Part shown: in pieces, positions 63,328-64,000 of the stretch
Numbering within the stretch: position 1 is the first letter of the stretch
How the letters are laid out: each line of letters opens with the position of its first letter
Assembly: GCF_009914755.1 (NCBI RefSeq)
Contig: NC_060943.1
Origin: the human T2T-CHM13v2.0 reference genome, Homo sapiens
Strand: one strand, 5' to 3'
DNA: 64,000 bases
Program-made: the position numbers and the translations under genes
Notes under the pieces: generated by a model
The model's database searches: none
The model's input: only the letters and a program-made list of their open reading frames with translations
What the model was told of the DNA's origin: nothing

Positions 63328-64000
63328 TGACATCACACTCGGCTAATATTTGTATTTTTCTTTTTTATTCATTCATTCATTTTTGAGATGGAGTGTTGCT
63401 GTCACCCAGCCTGGAGGGCAGTGGCATGATCCCGGCTGACTCCAACCTCTGCCTCTCAGGTTCAAGCCATTCTCCTGCCTCAGTCTCCTGAGTAGCTGGA
63501 ATTACAGGCGCCCACCACTACAACCAGCTACTTTTTGATTTTTTTTTTTTTTTTTTTTTTAGTAAAGGTGGGGTTTCACCATGTTGGCCAGGCTAGTCTC
63601 AAACCCCTGACCTCAAGTGAGCCGCTGGCCTCGGCCTCCCAAAGTGCTGAGAATATAGGCGTGAGCCACCGGGCACAGCCATCAGCACCTTTTACTTTAT
63701 GGAAATTTTTCTGGCACTGGTATAGAACCTCACGTGGGGTCAGGTGGAGTTGAGGGGACCTCAGTGTCCCTGCAGATGGGATGAGCAAGAGCACGGAGGT
63801 GGAGTGCATGGGGCTTCAGTGTTTATTGGGGAAATGAAGCTGAAATCTGGGTGCATGACCAGGAGATAAATGCATGAGACGGCGGTCTCACTATGCTGCC
63901 CTGGCTGAAGTGGGCTTAGATCCTCCTGCCTCTGCCCCTCCCCAGTCCTTGGTAGATGGGACTACATGTGAATATTAACCCCCCATGCACAGACAAGAAG

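Overview
Human (primate) genomic DNA, very rich in Alu elements, covering the 5' half of the chromosome 19 microRNA cluster C19MC (19q13.42). C19MC is a known imprinted, placenta/ES-cell, primate-specific locus. I find no intact protein-coding gene; most ORFs in the track are Alu read-throughs. Positions 1-16 kb hold an ERV internal region (Leu PBS), a U6 retrocopy, a rearranged NXF3 processed pseudogene and a candidate TATA promoter with a short first exon. Positions 16-64 kb hold 25 + strand pre-miRNA hairpins, recognised from recalled miRBase sequences: MIR512-1, 512-2, 1323, 498, 520E, 515-1, 519E, 520F, 515-2, 519C, 1283-1, 520A, 526B, 519B, 525, 523, 518F, 520B, 518B, 526A1, 520C, 518C, 524, 517A and 519D. 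The 21 miR-515-family hairpins sit in a repeated cassette: L1 remnant, ~123-nt exon, intronic hairpin, antisense Alu. The cluster itself is well described. Less obvious structure seen here includes a recurrent ATG-initiated ORF of >100 codons through the hairpin, an in-frame symmetric repeated exon, and a cryptic acceptor plus AATAAA upstream of most hairpins. Also present are co-amplified antisense U6 copies, a BC200 retrocopy, a cassette with its hairpin deleted, parallel Alu insertions at one paralogous site, and a ~6.2-kb higher-order duplication. Coordinates were counted by eye; repeat boundaries are approximate.
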